DNA of 64,000 nt, from IMG/VR virus record IMGVR_UViG_2597490280_000001. One strand, given 5' to 3'. Source of the stretch: a virus. Its lineage: Duplodnaviria; Caudoviricetes. Made by a program: the position numbers and the translations under genes. Below are positions 20,265-31,402 of this stretch, one piece after another; positions within the stretch are counted from its first letter, which is position 1; each line of letters opens with the position of its first letter. A model generated the notes under the pieces. It saw only the letters and a list, made by a program, of their open reading frames with translations. It was not told where the DNA came from and did no database searches.

Positions 20265-23200
20265 GATACTGATAAAGTTAAGGTTTTTACCTCAATTGTA
20301 AAGAAAGTCACTATACTAAAATAGTATCGATAACCATTTTCCTCTACGATCGTAAACTCATCTATTACATTCTGTTGTGTTCCACCAGTAAGTTTCCATT
20401 TATTTTTAACAGGAGAAGATATGGGTTCGCGTATCCCAATGTATTGATCGATAGCGCCTGTACTATCAAATTCAATATCATATTCCACAGCATTTATTTT
20501 TGCTAATTTTGAGTTTTCAAAACTTCTGCTGGTATTACCCTCAGTTTCCCAATATCCAAATCTAATCGAAACCATAAGTGTACATACTCCATTTGCATTA
20601 GCCGTTAATTGTCCATTTTCCTCTATATCAACTTCTGCTAGATTATTTGCTGCTATTTTTGAAACTTGACTTTTATACTTTCCAGCTATTACAATATAGG
20701 TATATGGCTCAGGCGTTGTACCTTCATTACAGTTCGTTCTATAATAAACCCCTTGTTTCTCGTCATTTTCCCACGTACAAAATCCATTTGTATTTGCATA
20801 TGTTTGACCATTTACGTTCAGATAATTTATAGCCTTACTATTAGCATCTTCTTCAGAAATTAATGACGTAAAGTGTCCTTCATTTGCAACCATATTAATC
20901 ACAGACCCTTCTCCACTGTCAGCACAATTGTTCTTTGTAAAACTTATACTTTGCCTTACATTTACATAGATACAGGTACCATTTGTATTAGCATAAGTTT
21001 GTCCATTACTTACTAAATCTTGGATTGCTAGATTATTCGCTTCTTCTTTACTTGTTCCTTGATATTTTCCTACTTCAATTACATATTCTACTGCACTTCC
21101 TCTCCCATTTGGACATTGCTTATAAAATGTTTGCTTTTGCTCATCATTTGTATATGTCAATACTTCTGCCGATTCAACATATAACTGCATCACTATCGCT
21201 TCAGTCCACTCTCCAGAAATATATGCCCGGTATGTCAGTTCATCATTCCCTACATAATCTAAATCAGATTCATACAAAATATCTCGACCATCTACAGTTG
21301 CAATTCCATGTTCCGGCATATTTACAATTTGTATTTCTGTAGGAAGCCCACTGATATCATTATTAATTTTCCATGTTTGCTCATTAAAATAAGAATCATA
21401 AACAATAATATTATAATCAGACACACCTACCATCACACTCCGATTAGCACGATCATAACCAATGTTAATATGTGCATTACTCTTCAAAGCATCATGCAAT
21501 ACTTGACGTGTCTCTGTATCTAAACTGTAAATTTCAGAAATTGGATCAACACCATTTCCACCAACTCGACAAATTGACATAGTCCCAGGACTTAAAAAAT
21601 AATGATTATTCTCATTTTTCACATACGCTTCAGGATGACGACCAATTCCTCCATCAAAAGAATAATACTCTAAGTTTGGACTCAATATCTTATCATAAAG
21701 TCCCAATTGAGATTGACCGGACTGATCTCTAATAATACGACCATATACCGGAGACCACCCACTTTTCAATTCTTTAAACACAAACAGTTTTCCATCACCA
21801 GCAACTGTTCGCATTATCCCCCCACTATTATCATTATAATCCACTCGATCAAGGTTATCAAAATCGTTGAATCCATTAATTTTTGTATCTTCTATTGTAT
21901 TGTTAGAATAGCGACAACGATCGATAAAATTCACTATACCTGTCTTATCGTCCTTTGCTACAGGTCTTCCTGTATCATATAGTGAACTATCATAATAGTC
22001 CGAAAAAGAAGGATCTTCCACTGTAGAAACAACTCCATTTGCATTTTTAACCGAATTAGTCACCGGCATTTCTCTCTTCCGTATATAAGACATCCCATTA
22101 CTAACTTTGATAATAGCAGGTTCAGTTTCAGTTTGTTGTTGAAAATTACCTCCATGCATTCGTAAATCAGTTCCCCAATTTAGGATAGGATACTTATGCC
22201 CAAACTCATAAAATGCTGCTAGGCCCAGAGATTCCGCATTTAAGGATGGAGTAAAAACCTCAACAACAGAAAAATTGATTATACTAGGTGCATTTGGTTT
22301 TTTTATACGAATGATACCGTTTCTATTGATAATTTGAAAACTTGGAAAACTTTTGCTTTCCGGCATCAAACGATCTAATACGTAACCATTATTTGTTACT
22401 TGTACAATAGTTCTTTCAACACCATCAATTGATATTATCAATCCAATATGATTATTATCTACTGTGGTCGTTTCTACTGTATTTGTACCATTGGTTTTGA
22501 TGACATCATTTACTTCTTCAATGACTTCATCTTTATACTGAAGAATCTCAGTTTCAAAAAAATCATAATAATTTTCAACTTTTGTTGGACTTTCAACATC
22601 TATTGTCTTTATCAACCGAAGACGATCTCCTTTTTTAAAATTATATTTAAGTATGGTATTTGGATGAATTTTCTGATAGGTAAACAAGCTACCAATTACC
22701 AAATCTAAATAACTTTCACCACCATTACCGCTATCAATAGCCTTAAATTCAACTACCTTCTGAATCAGTAATTGAATAAAATATCCATTATTATAAGTCA
22801 AATCTGGCCCTATCAATAATTCCCAATACTTGGCCCATACTGGCGGTCTATGTGAAATATGAGCTGTTACAACAGATAATTTTGCAGCTTCAAAATTATT
22901 TATTGGATCAAACTTAACATTCATATTATGTGAAATATAATAGTTCGATTTACGGCCATCTTCATCATAGTATCGTACAGCAAAATTTCGTGAAGATCCT
23001 AACTTGAAAGTTCGTAAATTTTGACCATAGTCTTTTAGTACACTATAAAGAACTGGGCTCGCGGATACAAAGAATGGTTTAGAATGACTATTAACTTCAT
23101 GCATATAGTCAAAAGTAAATTCTACTGTATTTCCAGATCCACCTGTAACAGCGCTTACGGACTGAAATCGACTAGCTTTTTGTATTTGACTAACTAAATA

Positions 23201-24511
23201 ATTAGCAACAGATCGATTATCATCAATAGCACTTGCTTTATACTCAAAATTTGGTTTTGTGACAGCTCCATCAGACTTTAATATAAATATGTTACCCTTT
23301 TTCACATCTGGTCCTATAGTAACCGTCATAATCGAGTGTACCCATTCTTTAAACCAGCTTCGTTCAGAATAGGTATATCCATTTATGCCAATAAATGGCT
23401 TATTCATTTCAGTTTCATAAATACCATCATCAAAAAGATTTTGATATTCAACACTAAAAGAAACTGCAGGTAATATTGATTCGAAACCTTCAACTGAATT
23501 TGAATAAATCAATGCATTCCTAACCAGTGACTGACATTGTGGATATTTAGGCATATAACTATGGGCCCTAGTAACTTTTGCTTGATCAACATCTAGATAA
23601 GTACCATCATTATAAAATTTATAAGTGTAGGAAGCGTTATCTCCAATCCCCAATTCAGCTTTATTGATTACCGCAATTAAATACCAGGGGGATAAATTTC
23701 CTTCCGGTAAAGTCTTCATCATTACAATCTCAATATCAGTTACCAAAGCATTTCCTGTTTCAACTTGGATATCCAAACAGTTGTTAGTATTTGAAACAGA
23801 ATCACTTCCTTGATTTGACTCATTTTCAGCGATAGCTACATTACTAAAATCACTATGATTTGATTTTTCAAAATCATCATATACAAATCGTTGTGCAAAT
23901 TTATATTGTGAACCATAAAGTAGATTGTAAGGAATTGCTGGATTTGTTGAGTAACTAGCTTTAGGAGCATAAATTGCTGTCTGCTTATATGCCCTTGTAT
24001 ATTCTTCTAATATTTCATCACCATACCCAGTATTAGATTTATCTAGGCATTTGTTTATATTTAATTTCCAAGGGCCATCTAATACCCAATAAAGAAGATT
24101 ACCATGATATACGTCTATATGAATAATTTTATCAGTTTTCTTCCATTTCCATATTTCATTTCCTCGAGTATCTGATTTGCACTCGATGACCTTTACAATA
24201 TTTCGATCGACTTCCGAAAACATCATCCAACTATGAAATCCCGCACTATTCCAGATGGCAAAATAAACTTTATTATTCTCTTCATCACTACATGAACCGA
24301 TACATTTATTCTCACCTTCCGCCAATGGAGTACGAACCAATTCATTTCCCTTTAAATTAGTTACAATACCATATTTTCCCTCACCACTTGATAATACCAA
24401 ACAATTAAAGTAATAACGAACCTGATTAGCAGGAATTAATTCATCTGCAATATCTGTATTTTGACCACCTTCAAAGGTATTGATAGCAATTATTTTATTT
24501 TCCTCTGCCAT
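20261..24511 (-). CDS. tail stabiliser/nozzle protein with C-terminal DUF5977-like repeats
   Basis: N-terminal FEGGQNTD..GIVTNLKGN; three Cys-flanked repeats ending NGQxYANxNGxC-like. Confidence 0.6.
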   Translation of the reverse strand: MAEENKIIAINTFEGGQNTDIADELIPANQVRYYFNCLVLSSGEGKYGIVTNLKGNELVRTPLAEGENKCIGSCSDEENNKVYFAIWNSAGFHSWMMFSEVDRNIVKVIECKSDTRGNEIWKWKKTDKIIHIDVYHGNLLYWVLDGPWKLNINKCLDKSNTGYGDEILEEYTRAYKQTAIYAPKASYSTNPAIPYNLLYGSQYKFAQRFVYDDFEKSNHSDFSNVAIAENESNQGSDSVSNTNNCLDIQVETGNALVTDIEIVMMKTLPEGNLSPWYLIAVINKAELGIGDNASYTYKFYNDGTYLDVDQAKVTRAHSYMPKYPQCQSLVRNALIYSNSVEGFESILPAVSFSVEYQNLFDDGIYETEMNKPFIGINGYTYSERSWFKEWVHSIMTVTIGPDVKKGNIFILKSDGAVTKPNFEYKASAIDDNRSVANYLVSQIQKASRFQSVSAVTGGSGNTVEFTFDYMHEVNSHSKPFFVSASPVLYSVLKDYGQNLRTFKLGSSRNFAVRYYDEDGRKSNYYISHNMNVKFDPINNFEAAKLSVVTAHISHRPPVWAKYWELLIGPDLTYNNGYFIQLLIQKVVEFKAIDSGNGGESYLDLVIGSLFTYQKIHPNTILKYNFKKGDRLRLIKTIDVESPTKVENYYDFFETEILQYKDEVIEEVNDVIKTNGTNTVETTTVDNNHIGLIISIDGVERTIVQVTNNGYVLDRLMPESKSFPSFQIINRNGIIRIKKPNAPSIINFSVVEVFTPSLNAESLGLAAFYEFGHKYPILNWGTDLRMHGGNFQQQTETEPAIIKVSNGMSYIRKREMPVTNSVKNANGVVSTVEDPSFSDYYDSSLYDTGRPVAKDDKTGIVNFIDRCRYSNNTIEDTKINGFNDFDNLDRVDYNDNSGGIMRTVAGDGKLFVFKELKSGWSPVYGRIIRDQSGQSQLGLYDKILSPNLEYYSFDGGIGRHPEAYVKNENNHYFLSPGTMSICRVGGNGVDPISEIYSLDTETRQVLHDALKSNAHINIGYDRANRSVMVGVSDYNIIVYDSYFNEQTWKINNDISGLPTEIQIVNMPEHGIATVDGRDILYESDLDYVGNDELTYRAYISGEWTEAIVMQLYVESAEVLTYTNDEQKQTFYKQCPNGRGSAVEYVIEVGKYQGTSKEEANNLAIQDLVSNGQTYANTNGTCIYVNVRQSISFTKNNCADSGEGSVINMVANEGHFTSLISEEDANSKAINYLNVNGQTYANTNGFCTWENDEKQGVYYRTNCNEGTTPEPYTYIVIAGKYKSQVSKIAANNLAEVDIEENGQLTANANGVCTLMVSIRFGYWETEGNTSRSFENSKLAKINAVEYDIEFDSTGAIDQYIGIREPISSPVKNKWKLTGGTQQNVIDEFTIVEENGYRYYFSIVTFFTIEVKTLTLSVS

Positions 24512-24513
24512 AA

Positions 24514-25245
24514 CTATCGCGGACTTGATTTACTATTACTTCTTATTGCTGACACCCAATCATCTATAGAGCCACTCTGATAAAATTTGCGTAATCGCAT
24601 CACTTCCTCTTTATAATTCTTGCGATGAATTTCTGCAATTGTTGGTCTGTTAGTCAACTCATGCCGATGCAGCATAAAGTAAACCAATGCAGATTCTATT
24701 TCTGATGGTAACTCATCAGGACAATCTTCTAGACCATCTGATTTGTAATACATGACAAGACAATCCCCAGTTCTTACTCGACCAACAATATGACTAAGTC
24801 TTGAATTTTTATCATGATTGACATAGCCCAAGGAATTATAATTTCCATCGTAACCATACCACTCACCAAGTCCAGCGCTAGTAACATTCAATCTTCCTAA
24901 ATCCGTATTTCCACTATAAAAAGCATCAATATCATTTTCGTAGTTACTGACAGATTTATGTGCTGCAGTATGATTCCCAGACATAATAGAAGCATCTACA
25001 TCCAGCGCCATTATACGTCCATTGCACTTTATACCTAAAGCTAATGGTTGAATACAATCCTTCGGCCAAGGCACGGAATTAAACCGATTCACCTTTACCT
25101 CTTGTTCTCTAAAAAATGGTACTGTAAATATTAATAAATCCTTTATTCCCAAAAGTAAAAAACCAAGCATGGAATTATACTTACGCAAACCTCCCGTTTC
25201 TTTACACAATTCTCGGATTAATTTATCTGTCTTAAATGTTGCCAT
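24514..25245 (-). CDS. putative tail ring/adaptor protein
   Basis: size and position between capsid and nozzle genes. Confidence 0.45.
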   Translation of the reverse strand: MATFKTDKLIRELCKETGGLRKYNSMLGFLLLGIKDLLIFTVPFFREQEVKVNRFNSVPWPKDCIQPLALGIKCNGRIMALDVDASIMSGNHTAAHKSVSNYENDIDAFYSGNTDLGRLNVTSAGLGEWYGYDGNYNSLGYVNHDKNSRLSHIVGRVRTGDCLVMYYKSDGLEDCPDELPSEIESALVYFMLHRHELTNRPTIAEIHRKNYKEEVMRLRKFYQSGSIDDWVSAIRSNSKSSPR

Positions 25246-25277
25246 ACCGAATGTATTTTAATTAAATTTACTTACCC

Positions 25278-25889
25278 TTACTTCTCCTGGCCATCATTTA
25301 TAGGATCACTTGGCAATTCTCTTTGCCCTGTCATCATTTCAAATAGCATTTGCAACAGTTCCGGTTCTGTTCCTGTTGGTACATTTACTTCATCATCATC
25401 ACCTAAATTATCCGCGCTCACAATCATCTTCACAATTGCATCATCTACCAACGGAGGAGAATTATAATACCATATTTTAGACCCCTCCAAATAGTAACTT
25501 GTGAGAGACTTTTTAAAACATGCATAATATTCTTCTAAATCTAGATCCTGCGAACTAATAGGTATATATCCCTTTCCTTGATATGAACCAATAAAATCGA
25601 TAGATCTGCCAGATGGCAAAGTAATGGGCTTAGCCGGAAGATTACTATACTTACGATTACGTTTAGCATCATATAGGACCTTCATCTCATATGTTTGCAA
25701 CATCAGTGGGTTTACATCTTTATTCCCATCTTCCTGAGATTTCTCCAGATAATATTGCTTAGTGTAGAGATAATTAACGCAAGGCGCAATTAAAACAGCG
25801 ACATCATTATAGCGTACTGACATATCAGTATTTGGCCTACCTCCAGACATACGAAGTAATACCTGTCCAATTATTTCACCCTTAATCAT
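25278..25889 (-). CDS. putative tail ring/adaptor protein
   Basis: size and position. Confidence 0.45.
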   Translation of the reverse strand: MIKGEIIGQVLLRMSGGRPNTDMSVRYNDVAVLIAPCVNYLYTKQYYLEKSQEDGNKDVNPLMLQTYEMKVLYDAKRNRKYSNLPAKPITLPSGRSIDFIGSYQGKGYIPISSQDLDLEEYYACFKKSLTSYYLEGSKIWYYNSPPLVDDAIVKMIVSADNLGDDDEVNVPTGTEPELLQMLFEMMTGQRELPSDPINDGQEK

Positions 25890-26557
25890 CGTTCATTAAC
25901 ATTAGTTATAGGTCCTGCCAACGCCGTTTGAACACCCAGTTTAGCATATTCAGCTAAGACCATCTCCCTACTAGAAATGCCATATTTTTCCAATACCAGA
26001 TTCAGTAGCAAATTGTAAGCATTTTCGTCCCACGTTAAGTTCACAGTTTCGACAGCATCTATAGATTGTATGATTTCACCGTTTACCTCGTCATAGATCA
26101 TGACTAGTTTTGCTAAGGTTATTTTAGAGATATAAACACCTTTATAGTTTACTTTTTCTTCTGGATAGTATTGCATATTTTTACCCATTTGCAAATAGTA
26201 AGTCATCTCATTATCTAAGGATGGTTTACGCTGTGGAATTTTCTTGAGAACAACGATTTCATTATATTCAACAGGATAACAAGCAATCTCATTTACTTCC
26301 ATAGATAAAAATTTAGAAATTCCCGGGGGTCTCACGATTAAACCATCATCATCTGTTTCACCAATCATAATCTCTATAAATGGTTGTAAAATCTCTTTCA
26401 CCCGATCGTTTGTCTCCATAAAAGGTAATAACATATCCAAAGCCTCTTGCTGTGAATCATTCACCTTACCATTAAAATCAAAAACCGTGTCACGGCCGCC
26501 TTGATCTTTCTTAGCGTAGTCCTTGACACGGTTCCATATAGTCAATATTGAAATCAT
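25886..26557 (-). CDS. putative tail ring/adaptor protein
   Basis: size and position; KKDQGG..DFN N-terminus. Confidence 0.45.
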   Translation of the reverse strand: MISILTIWNRVKDYAKKDQGGRDTVFDFNGKVNDSQQEALDMLLPFMETNDRVKEILQPFIEIMIGETDDDGLIVRPPGISKFLSMEVNEIACYPVEYNEIVVLKKIPQRKPSLDNEMTYYLQMGKNMQYYPEEKVNYKGVYISKITLAKLVMIYDEVNGEIIQSIDAVETVNLTWDENAYNLLLNLVLEKYGISSREMVLAEYAKLGVQTALAGPITNVNER

Positions 26558-26587
26558 ATTTTTTGATTAATCTGACATAACAATTTT

Positions 26588-27757
26588 CTACTTTTCAGTC
26601 TCTTTATTGCTATAATTTTCTAAATAGTATGTAATAGCATCTTGATTATCGACAAACCATTGTTCGGTTTGAGGGTGTAGTTTTTCTCCCTTATCTGCGG
26701 CATTTTGGCGCTTTACCAATTGTTCTGCTATACGCTTACGAAATGGTTCATCTTCATCGACGCGATTAACACTATCATTGATTTTCAATACATTTTTCCC
26801 ATGAGCTTGATCTTCATATAAAGTAGTATCAACTTTAGCAAGAGTATCCAAATCCATAATCAAGGACTTATTCTCTGGGGTATTTAAGACAGAAGATTTT
26901 GTTTCGCCTACCAAAGCATTTTTGATCTTAGGAATCAATTCTTTTGTGTTCAATGCAATGTAGTCAGATAGTGCTTTCTGTGCATCAGCACCATATTGAA
27001 TTGGTAATATCTCTTCTCCAACCAAATACCATCGTTCCAGACCATTGATTGTTTTTCTTTCCAAAATACCTTTATCTATAGCATCTTGGATAAATCCTTC
27101 GAATTGATAATCTGATACCTGAGTTTTTGAGTAGAAACCTACTGGATCTTTCTTTGCCAAATCCATCAATGATTTTTTCAACTCCATATCAGTCAAGTCA
27201 TCTACACCTGCCATACGTAGCCCCTTAGCAAATTGCCGTAAACGAATTGTATTCCATGCTTTATCACCAAGAATAATAGATAAGGCATTTATGGTATATT
27301 CTTCTTTTGTGACCTCTTGGGCCGCTATACCGTCCTTGTTAAGATACTTAAAATCGAAACCAGCTTTTTTATCTCTAAAAGGACTGAATTCATGAAGTGG
27401 ATGCAGATACCAAAATACAAATGTTACATCATCTTGTATTTCAACCTGTCCTAATTCATTAGGTATTAAGCTTAATAATATTGGTTGATACAAGGGGTCT
27501 TTATCCTTTCTTGGAGTTTGCGAATTAGCATAACGAATCTTTACGGTATGGCCATGTTTTTTCGAAAACACAACAAATTCTGGTACTCCACCTATTGATC
27601 GAGGCATACGTACACCTCCATTCAATTTATCTTTTACAATATTTCGTAATTCAAACACACGTTGCCTTACATTCTGAGGAAGATTATTTTCAATACCCAA
27701 TTCCTCAAACACTTTCTTTAAACCAACTTTTTGATCGTCTATATAAATCGCTGCCAT
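26588..27757 (-). CDS. hypothetical virion-associated protein
   Basis: 389 aa immediately downstream of the capsid gene. Confidence 0.5.
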   Translation of the reverse strand: MAAIYIDDQKVGLKKVFEELGIENNLPQNVRQRVFELRNIVKDKLNGGVRMPRSIGGVPEFVVFSKKHGHTVKIRYANSQTPRKDKDPLYQPILLSLIPNELGQVEIQDDVTFVFWYLHPLHEFSPFRDKKAGFDFKYLNKDGIAAQEVTKEEYTINALSIILGDKAWNTIRLRQFAKGLRMAGVDDLTDMELKKSLMDLAKKDPVGFYSKTQVSDYQFEGFIQDAIDKGILERKTINGLERWYLVGEEILPIQYGADAQKALSDYIALNTKELIPKIKNALVGETKSSVLNTPENKSLIMDLDTLAKVDTTLYEDQAHGKNVLKINDSVNRVDEDEPFRKRIAEQLVKRQNAADKGEKLHPQTEQWFVDNQDAITYYLENYSNKETEK

Positions 27758-27911
27758 GCCTTTATTTTTTTAGCTTTTTTTAATATTTCACACAAATTAT
27801 TTTGTTACGAGTTAGCTCCACATCAACAACTAAATTTAAACTGAAAAAAGTGCCAAGGGGAACTACCCCCTCAGCACTCAGGCATATATAGCATTGTGTG
27901 GTTTGCAATTA

Positions 27912-29363
27912 TTATACTGGCTTGTACTTAACCCATTGGTTACCCAATCCAAAGTGACCTCCGATTTCAGAACGCCATTCCAAATTCATGGCATCAATAC
28001 CGCTTGTTTTTTTGATAGGACCAGCTCCACCATGTTCATACATTTCAAACTCTCTACTGTATCCTCCTAGAGCTTTATACTCATATCCGATACAAGATTG
28101 TTTAGGATTTGTACCTCCTTTATTTTCAAACATGTCTACAGGCAAAGCATAACCAGTATTTTTCCAGCTATATCCTTCTGTACCAGCTCCCATTTGCTCA
28201 TCCAATTCCGAGAAATGTTTTGCCAGCCATGTACGACCATTCTTACGAACTCCGGCAAAATCTAACCACAAGAAGTGATCGTTACCATCTGTTTCGCTGA
28301 AAAGTGGGCTATTCTGGAATGAACCTTTTACAAAAGGAAAACAATTGTCTTTTGAAAAATCAATCATATTATTATTCCAAGATTGGAATAAGTTATACCC
28401 CATTGGCATTAAATATACATCAGCACCTGCACGTTCACGTGTAAGAATTTCATCTGTTGCATCTAACGTTTCTATTCCAAATGTTCCTGGAGTAGTTGGC
28501 ATAATATGTCCTTCTTGTTCTACATATTGATCCATTCCTTGAGTTGTCTTGATCTGTACATCATGACCCATACCTTCAGAAAATCCAGTAAGATTATTAG
28601 ATGTTTGACCAAAAAACAAGCCTTTAGAAATACGCCACATTTGTAAAGCTTCACTATCAGAAGTACCCTCGATTAAAAAAGAACCTTCTTGACCTTCGAT
28701 ATTTTTGAAAGGTAATTGGTTTGTTAATGCCGTACCTGTAATGCCAAATTTTGATTTAAAGATTTGAAACTCGTTGGTATATTTAAAGTATCTAGACACT
28801 TTACTTTCTACCGAACCACTACCCTCAGGACTTGCATTATCACCAATGAAATAACGTCCTCCAGCTGTAATAACCCCAACTAAGGTATCATCCTCATTCA
28901 AAGGCTTTAAAGTGATTTGATGAGGATTTACAGTTGTATCCTTCTTCACAAGAAATGCAGATTTATTGTTTGGTAAATAAACAATATCGCGTTCACTTGG
29001 ATAGGAGAATCTCACATTGCCAACACCTGGGAAATTAGAAGTCATCATCGAACCTGCGTCCAATGCGTATACTCCTGGTTGACCCGGACCTGACGGAGCA
29101 GTAATAATACCACCAATAGCAAAATTGTTAATTGGCCAGTCTTTTTCAAAATGACCCATTTCAGGGCCTGAAGCTCGCGTACCTAACCCTAATTCTTTTA
29201 ACATTGAGAAAAAGTTCTTTTTCAATCTCGGATGTTTATCCATGAGTTGTCTACGGAACTGAGGGTTATCTTGCGTAAATTGATAAGCAGTAAACAGTTG
29301 TTCTGATGCTACTCCGCCTACCGCTGTAGGCATATTTCCATAATTATAAGCTGGTGCTGCCAT
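27912..29363 (-). CDS. major capsid protein
   Basis: 483 aa after an acidic scaffold-like gene; YTNEFQIFKSKFGITG..TTQGMD HK97-like motifs. Confidence 0.7.
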   Translation of the reverse strand: MAAPAYNYGNMPTAVGGVASEQLFTAYQFTQDNPQFRRQLMDKHPRLKKNFFSMLKELGLGTRASGPEMGHFEKDWPINNFAIGGIITAPSGPGQPGVYALDAGSMMTSNFPGVGNVRFSYPSERDIVYLPNNKSAFLVKKDTTVNPHQITLKPLNEDDTLVGVITAGGRYFIGDNASPEGSGSVESKVSRYFKYTNEFQIFKSKFGITGTALTNQLPFKNIEGQEGSFLIEGTSDSEALQMWRISKGLFFGQTSNNLTGFSEGMGHDVQIKTTQGMDQYVEQEGHIMPTTPGTFGIETLDATDEILTRERAGADVYLMPMGYNLFQSWNNNMIDFSKDNCFPFVKGSFQNSPLFSETDGNDHFLWLDFAGVRKNGRTWLAKHFSELDEQMGAGTEGYSWKNTGYALPVDMFENKGGTNPKQSCIGYEYKALGGYSREFEMYEHGGAGPIKKTSGIDAMNLEWRSEIGGHFGLGNQWVKYKPV

Positions 29364-29397
29364 CTTACTATTGTTTTAAATTTGTTAATGACTTTTG

Positions 29398-30600
29398 TTA
29401 GCTGTTATTCACCACGAATGCCATAGCCTTACTCATATCATTTGCATCCTTCACCTCTTTATCAGCTGTTCGCTCGATATTAGATGGATTATGATACTTT
29501 TCTGCCATTGATTTTTGCCCAGAGTTATATGCATGGATAATATTGTTTTCATATTCCATCATCTTCACTACATTAGACATAAATCCTTCAATGGCTTGCT
29601 TTCCTTCTGCACTGTTAACATCAATTTGATTATTGACAGCGAAATTTTGTACCACTTGATTGAGTTGACCTTTTGTTGTATCAGATATCGGCATATCGAT
29701 AGTTAGAGCATCTGTTCCGCTCTTTCCATTAATACTTACGCCTTTAATACCGCCAAATCCATCAACCACTTGCTTCAAATAAGGAGTAGAAGTTTTCAAA
29801 TATGCAGATTGTTGAGCTTGTGCATCTGCGTGTTGCTGTTCTGCAGTTTTAGGCTTTTCAAAAGCCGGTGTTTCTGACAATGTAGCTAGATGCTGCTCTA
29901 GGTAATTCAAATCAGCAACAGAATCTATCTTTAGGGTCACCTTAGATTGCTGTACAGCAACTGCATCATGTAGATCCTCATCTAGAGAATACTTCGAACG
30001 CAAATAGATTTCAGCATCTTCTGCCGTGATACCATTCTGTAGTACCAGTGCCATTTTTCTTATTTCTAATGGATCCAAGGACTTTAAGTCACCAGACTTA
30101 TTCAACATGTTGAATGCGCCTATTTGACTTTCACTTGCACCGCTAGCGATAAGATTGTTTAGCTTCGACACGTAGTCGTTTGCAAATTTTGGTTGATTAT
30201 CTATTAAACTTTTGTTTTCAGTTTGAAGTTCAGCTACGCGACTTTCCAAGCTCGTAAACTGATCACCTTTACTGATGAATGCCGTTAATTCTTCTTTATT
30301 AGAAAACTTTCCACCGCTAATCGTAGCGATAAATTGTCCCTCATCTAAAGAAGCCGTTACTGACGCTTCAGTACCTGCTGCGGTATGGGTACTTTCTTTA
30401 GTTATGTTTTCTTCAGTTACAGCCGCATTAACAACCTCCGTGGTTGCTGCTTGCTTAGTTTCTTCAGAATTTCCTACAGCTGCTTCATTTCTTTCTGCAC
30501 CATCACCTTCTTCAGAAGCTGCTGCTTGCTGTTCATTATACACCCCAACAGTACCATTAACTACCGCTTGCATAAAATCATTAGATACACCACCATCCAT
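29398..30600 (-). CDS. capsid scaffolding protein
   Basis: acidic low-complexity N-terminus, helical, directly upstream of capsid. Confidence 0.6.
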   Translation of the reverse strand: MDGGVSNDFMQAVVNGTVGVYNEQQAAASEEGDGAERNEAAVGNSEETKQAATTEVVNAAVTEENITKESTHTAAGTEASVTASLDEGQFIATISGGKFSNKEELTAFISKGDQFTSLESRVAELQTENKSLIDNQPKFANDYVSKLNNLIASGASESQIGAFNMLNKSGDLKSLDPLEIRKMALVLQNGITAEDAEIYLRSKYSLDEDLHDAVAVQQSKVTLKIDSVADLNYLEQHLATLSETPAFEKPKTAEQQHADAQAQQSAYLKTSTPYLKQVVDGFGGIKGVSINGKSGTDALTIDMPISDTTKGQLNQVVQNFAVNNQIDVNSAEGKQAIEGFMSNVVKMMEYENNIIHAYNSGQKSMAEKYHNPSNIERTADKEVKDANDMSKAMAFVVNNS

Positions 30601-30621
30601 AATTGCCTATTTTTTTAAAAA

Positions 30622-30665
30622 GATTAGTTATACTAAACTTTTACAAATCTAATTCCTTACTTTTG
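30622..30665. promoter_or_regulatory. operator copy 3 and divergent promoters
   Basis: GATTAGTTATACTAAAC (30622-30638); leftward TAGATTTG (30644-30651); rightward TACTTTTG (30658-30665). Confidence 0.6.
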
Positions 30666-30698
30666 ATATATCAATAAGATTATAATACGAGTGGGTTT

Positions 30699-30893
30699 AT
30701 GCAGTTAGGAAAACAGATAAAAGAAATAAGAGAACGAAAAGGATTCACTCAAAAAGAGTTAGCTATTGTATCTGGTTTATCTGAGGATACCATCTCTAAA
30801 ATTGAATCTGGCAAAAACCAGAATCCTACGGTATATGTAATCAAAACTATTTCGAAAGCTTTAGACAACATTCAATTTAATATATACAAGTAA
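30699..30893 (+). CDS. XRE-family HTH regulator
   Basis: IKEIRERKGFTQKELA..ISKIESGKNQNPT. Confidence 0.9.
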   Translation: MQLGKQIKEIRERKGFTQKELAIVSGLSEDTISKIESGKNQNPTVYVIKTISKALDNIQFNIYK

Positions 30894-30910
30894 TTGAAAA
30901 TAAGATAATT

Positions 30911-31183
30911 ATGAAATTAATAGGAAGTAGAATTTTAGTGACCCCTGTTCAATCTGAAACAAAAAGAGAATCAGGTATTTATGTGCCTCAAACTGTAAAA
31001 AAACAGATAAATCGAGGTGAAATTTCTTTGGTTGGAAATACTGTAAAACCGTCAGGTGTATTCCCAAATGGATTAGATATCGGTCAAAAAGTAATCTTTA
31101 AAGATGGGGCTGGAATTGATTATGAGCACGAAGGAGTTCCATGTAAAATAATGTTTGATTACGATATCATCGCAATTATTTAA
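30911..31183 (+). CDS. groES: co-chaperonin GroES/Cpn10 homologue
   Basis: GSRILV..SGIYVP..GEISLVG..IGQKVIF..DIIAII. Confidence 0.8.
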   Translation: MKLIGSRILVTPVQSETKRESGIYVPQTVKKQINRGEISLVGNTVKPSGVFPNGLDIGQKVIFKDGAGIDYEHEGVPCKIMFDYDIIAII

Positions 31184-31205
31184 TTCATCAATAAATTTAT
31201 ACAAA

Positions 31206-31379
31206 ATGACAAATTTTAAAAAATTAGAGGAAACATTCCTTGAAGCAAAACAAGATCATGAAAAATTTGAAAATGGCAATAAAACTGCTGGTACCAGAGT
31301 AAGAAATCACATGCAAAAACTTAAATCCATTGCTCAAGATATTCGCAATGAAGTACTAGCTAAAAAGAAAAGTGCATAA
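31206..31379 (+). CDS. histone H1-like protein (Hc1 family)
   Basis: EKFENGNKTAGTRVRNHMQKLK..AQDIR; start moved to ATG 31206. Confidence 0.75.
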   Translation: MTNFKKLEETFLEAKQDHEKFENGNKTAGTRVRNHMQKLKSIAQDIRNEVLAKKKSA

Positions 31380-31402
31380 CTAAAATGCTATTGGTAAAAT
31401 CA

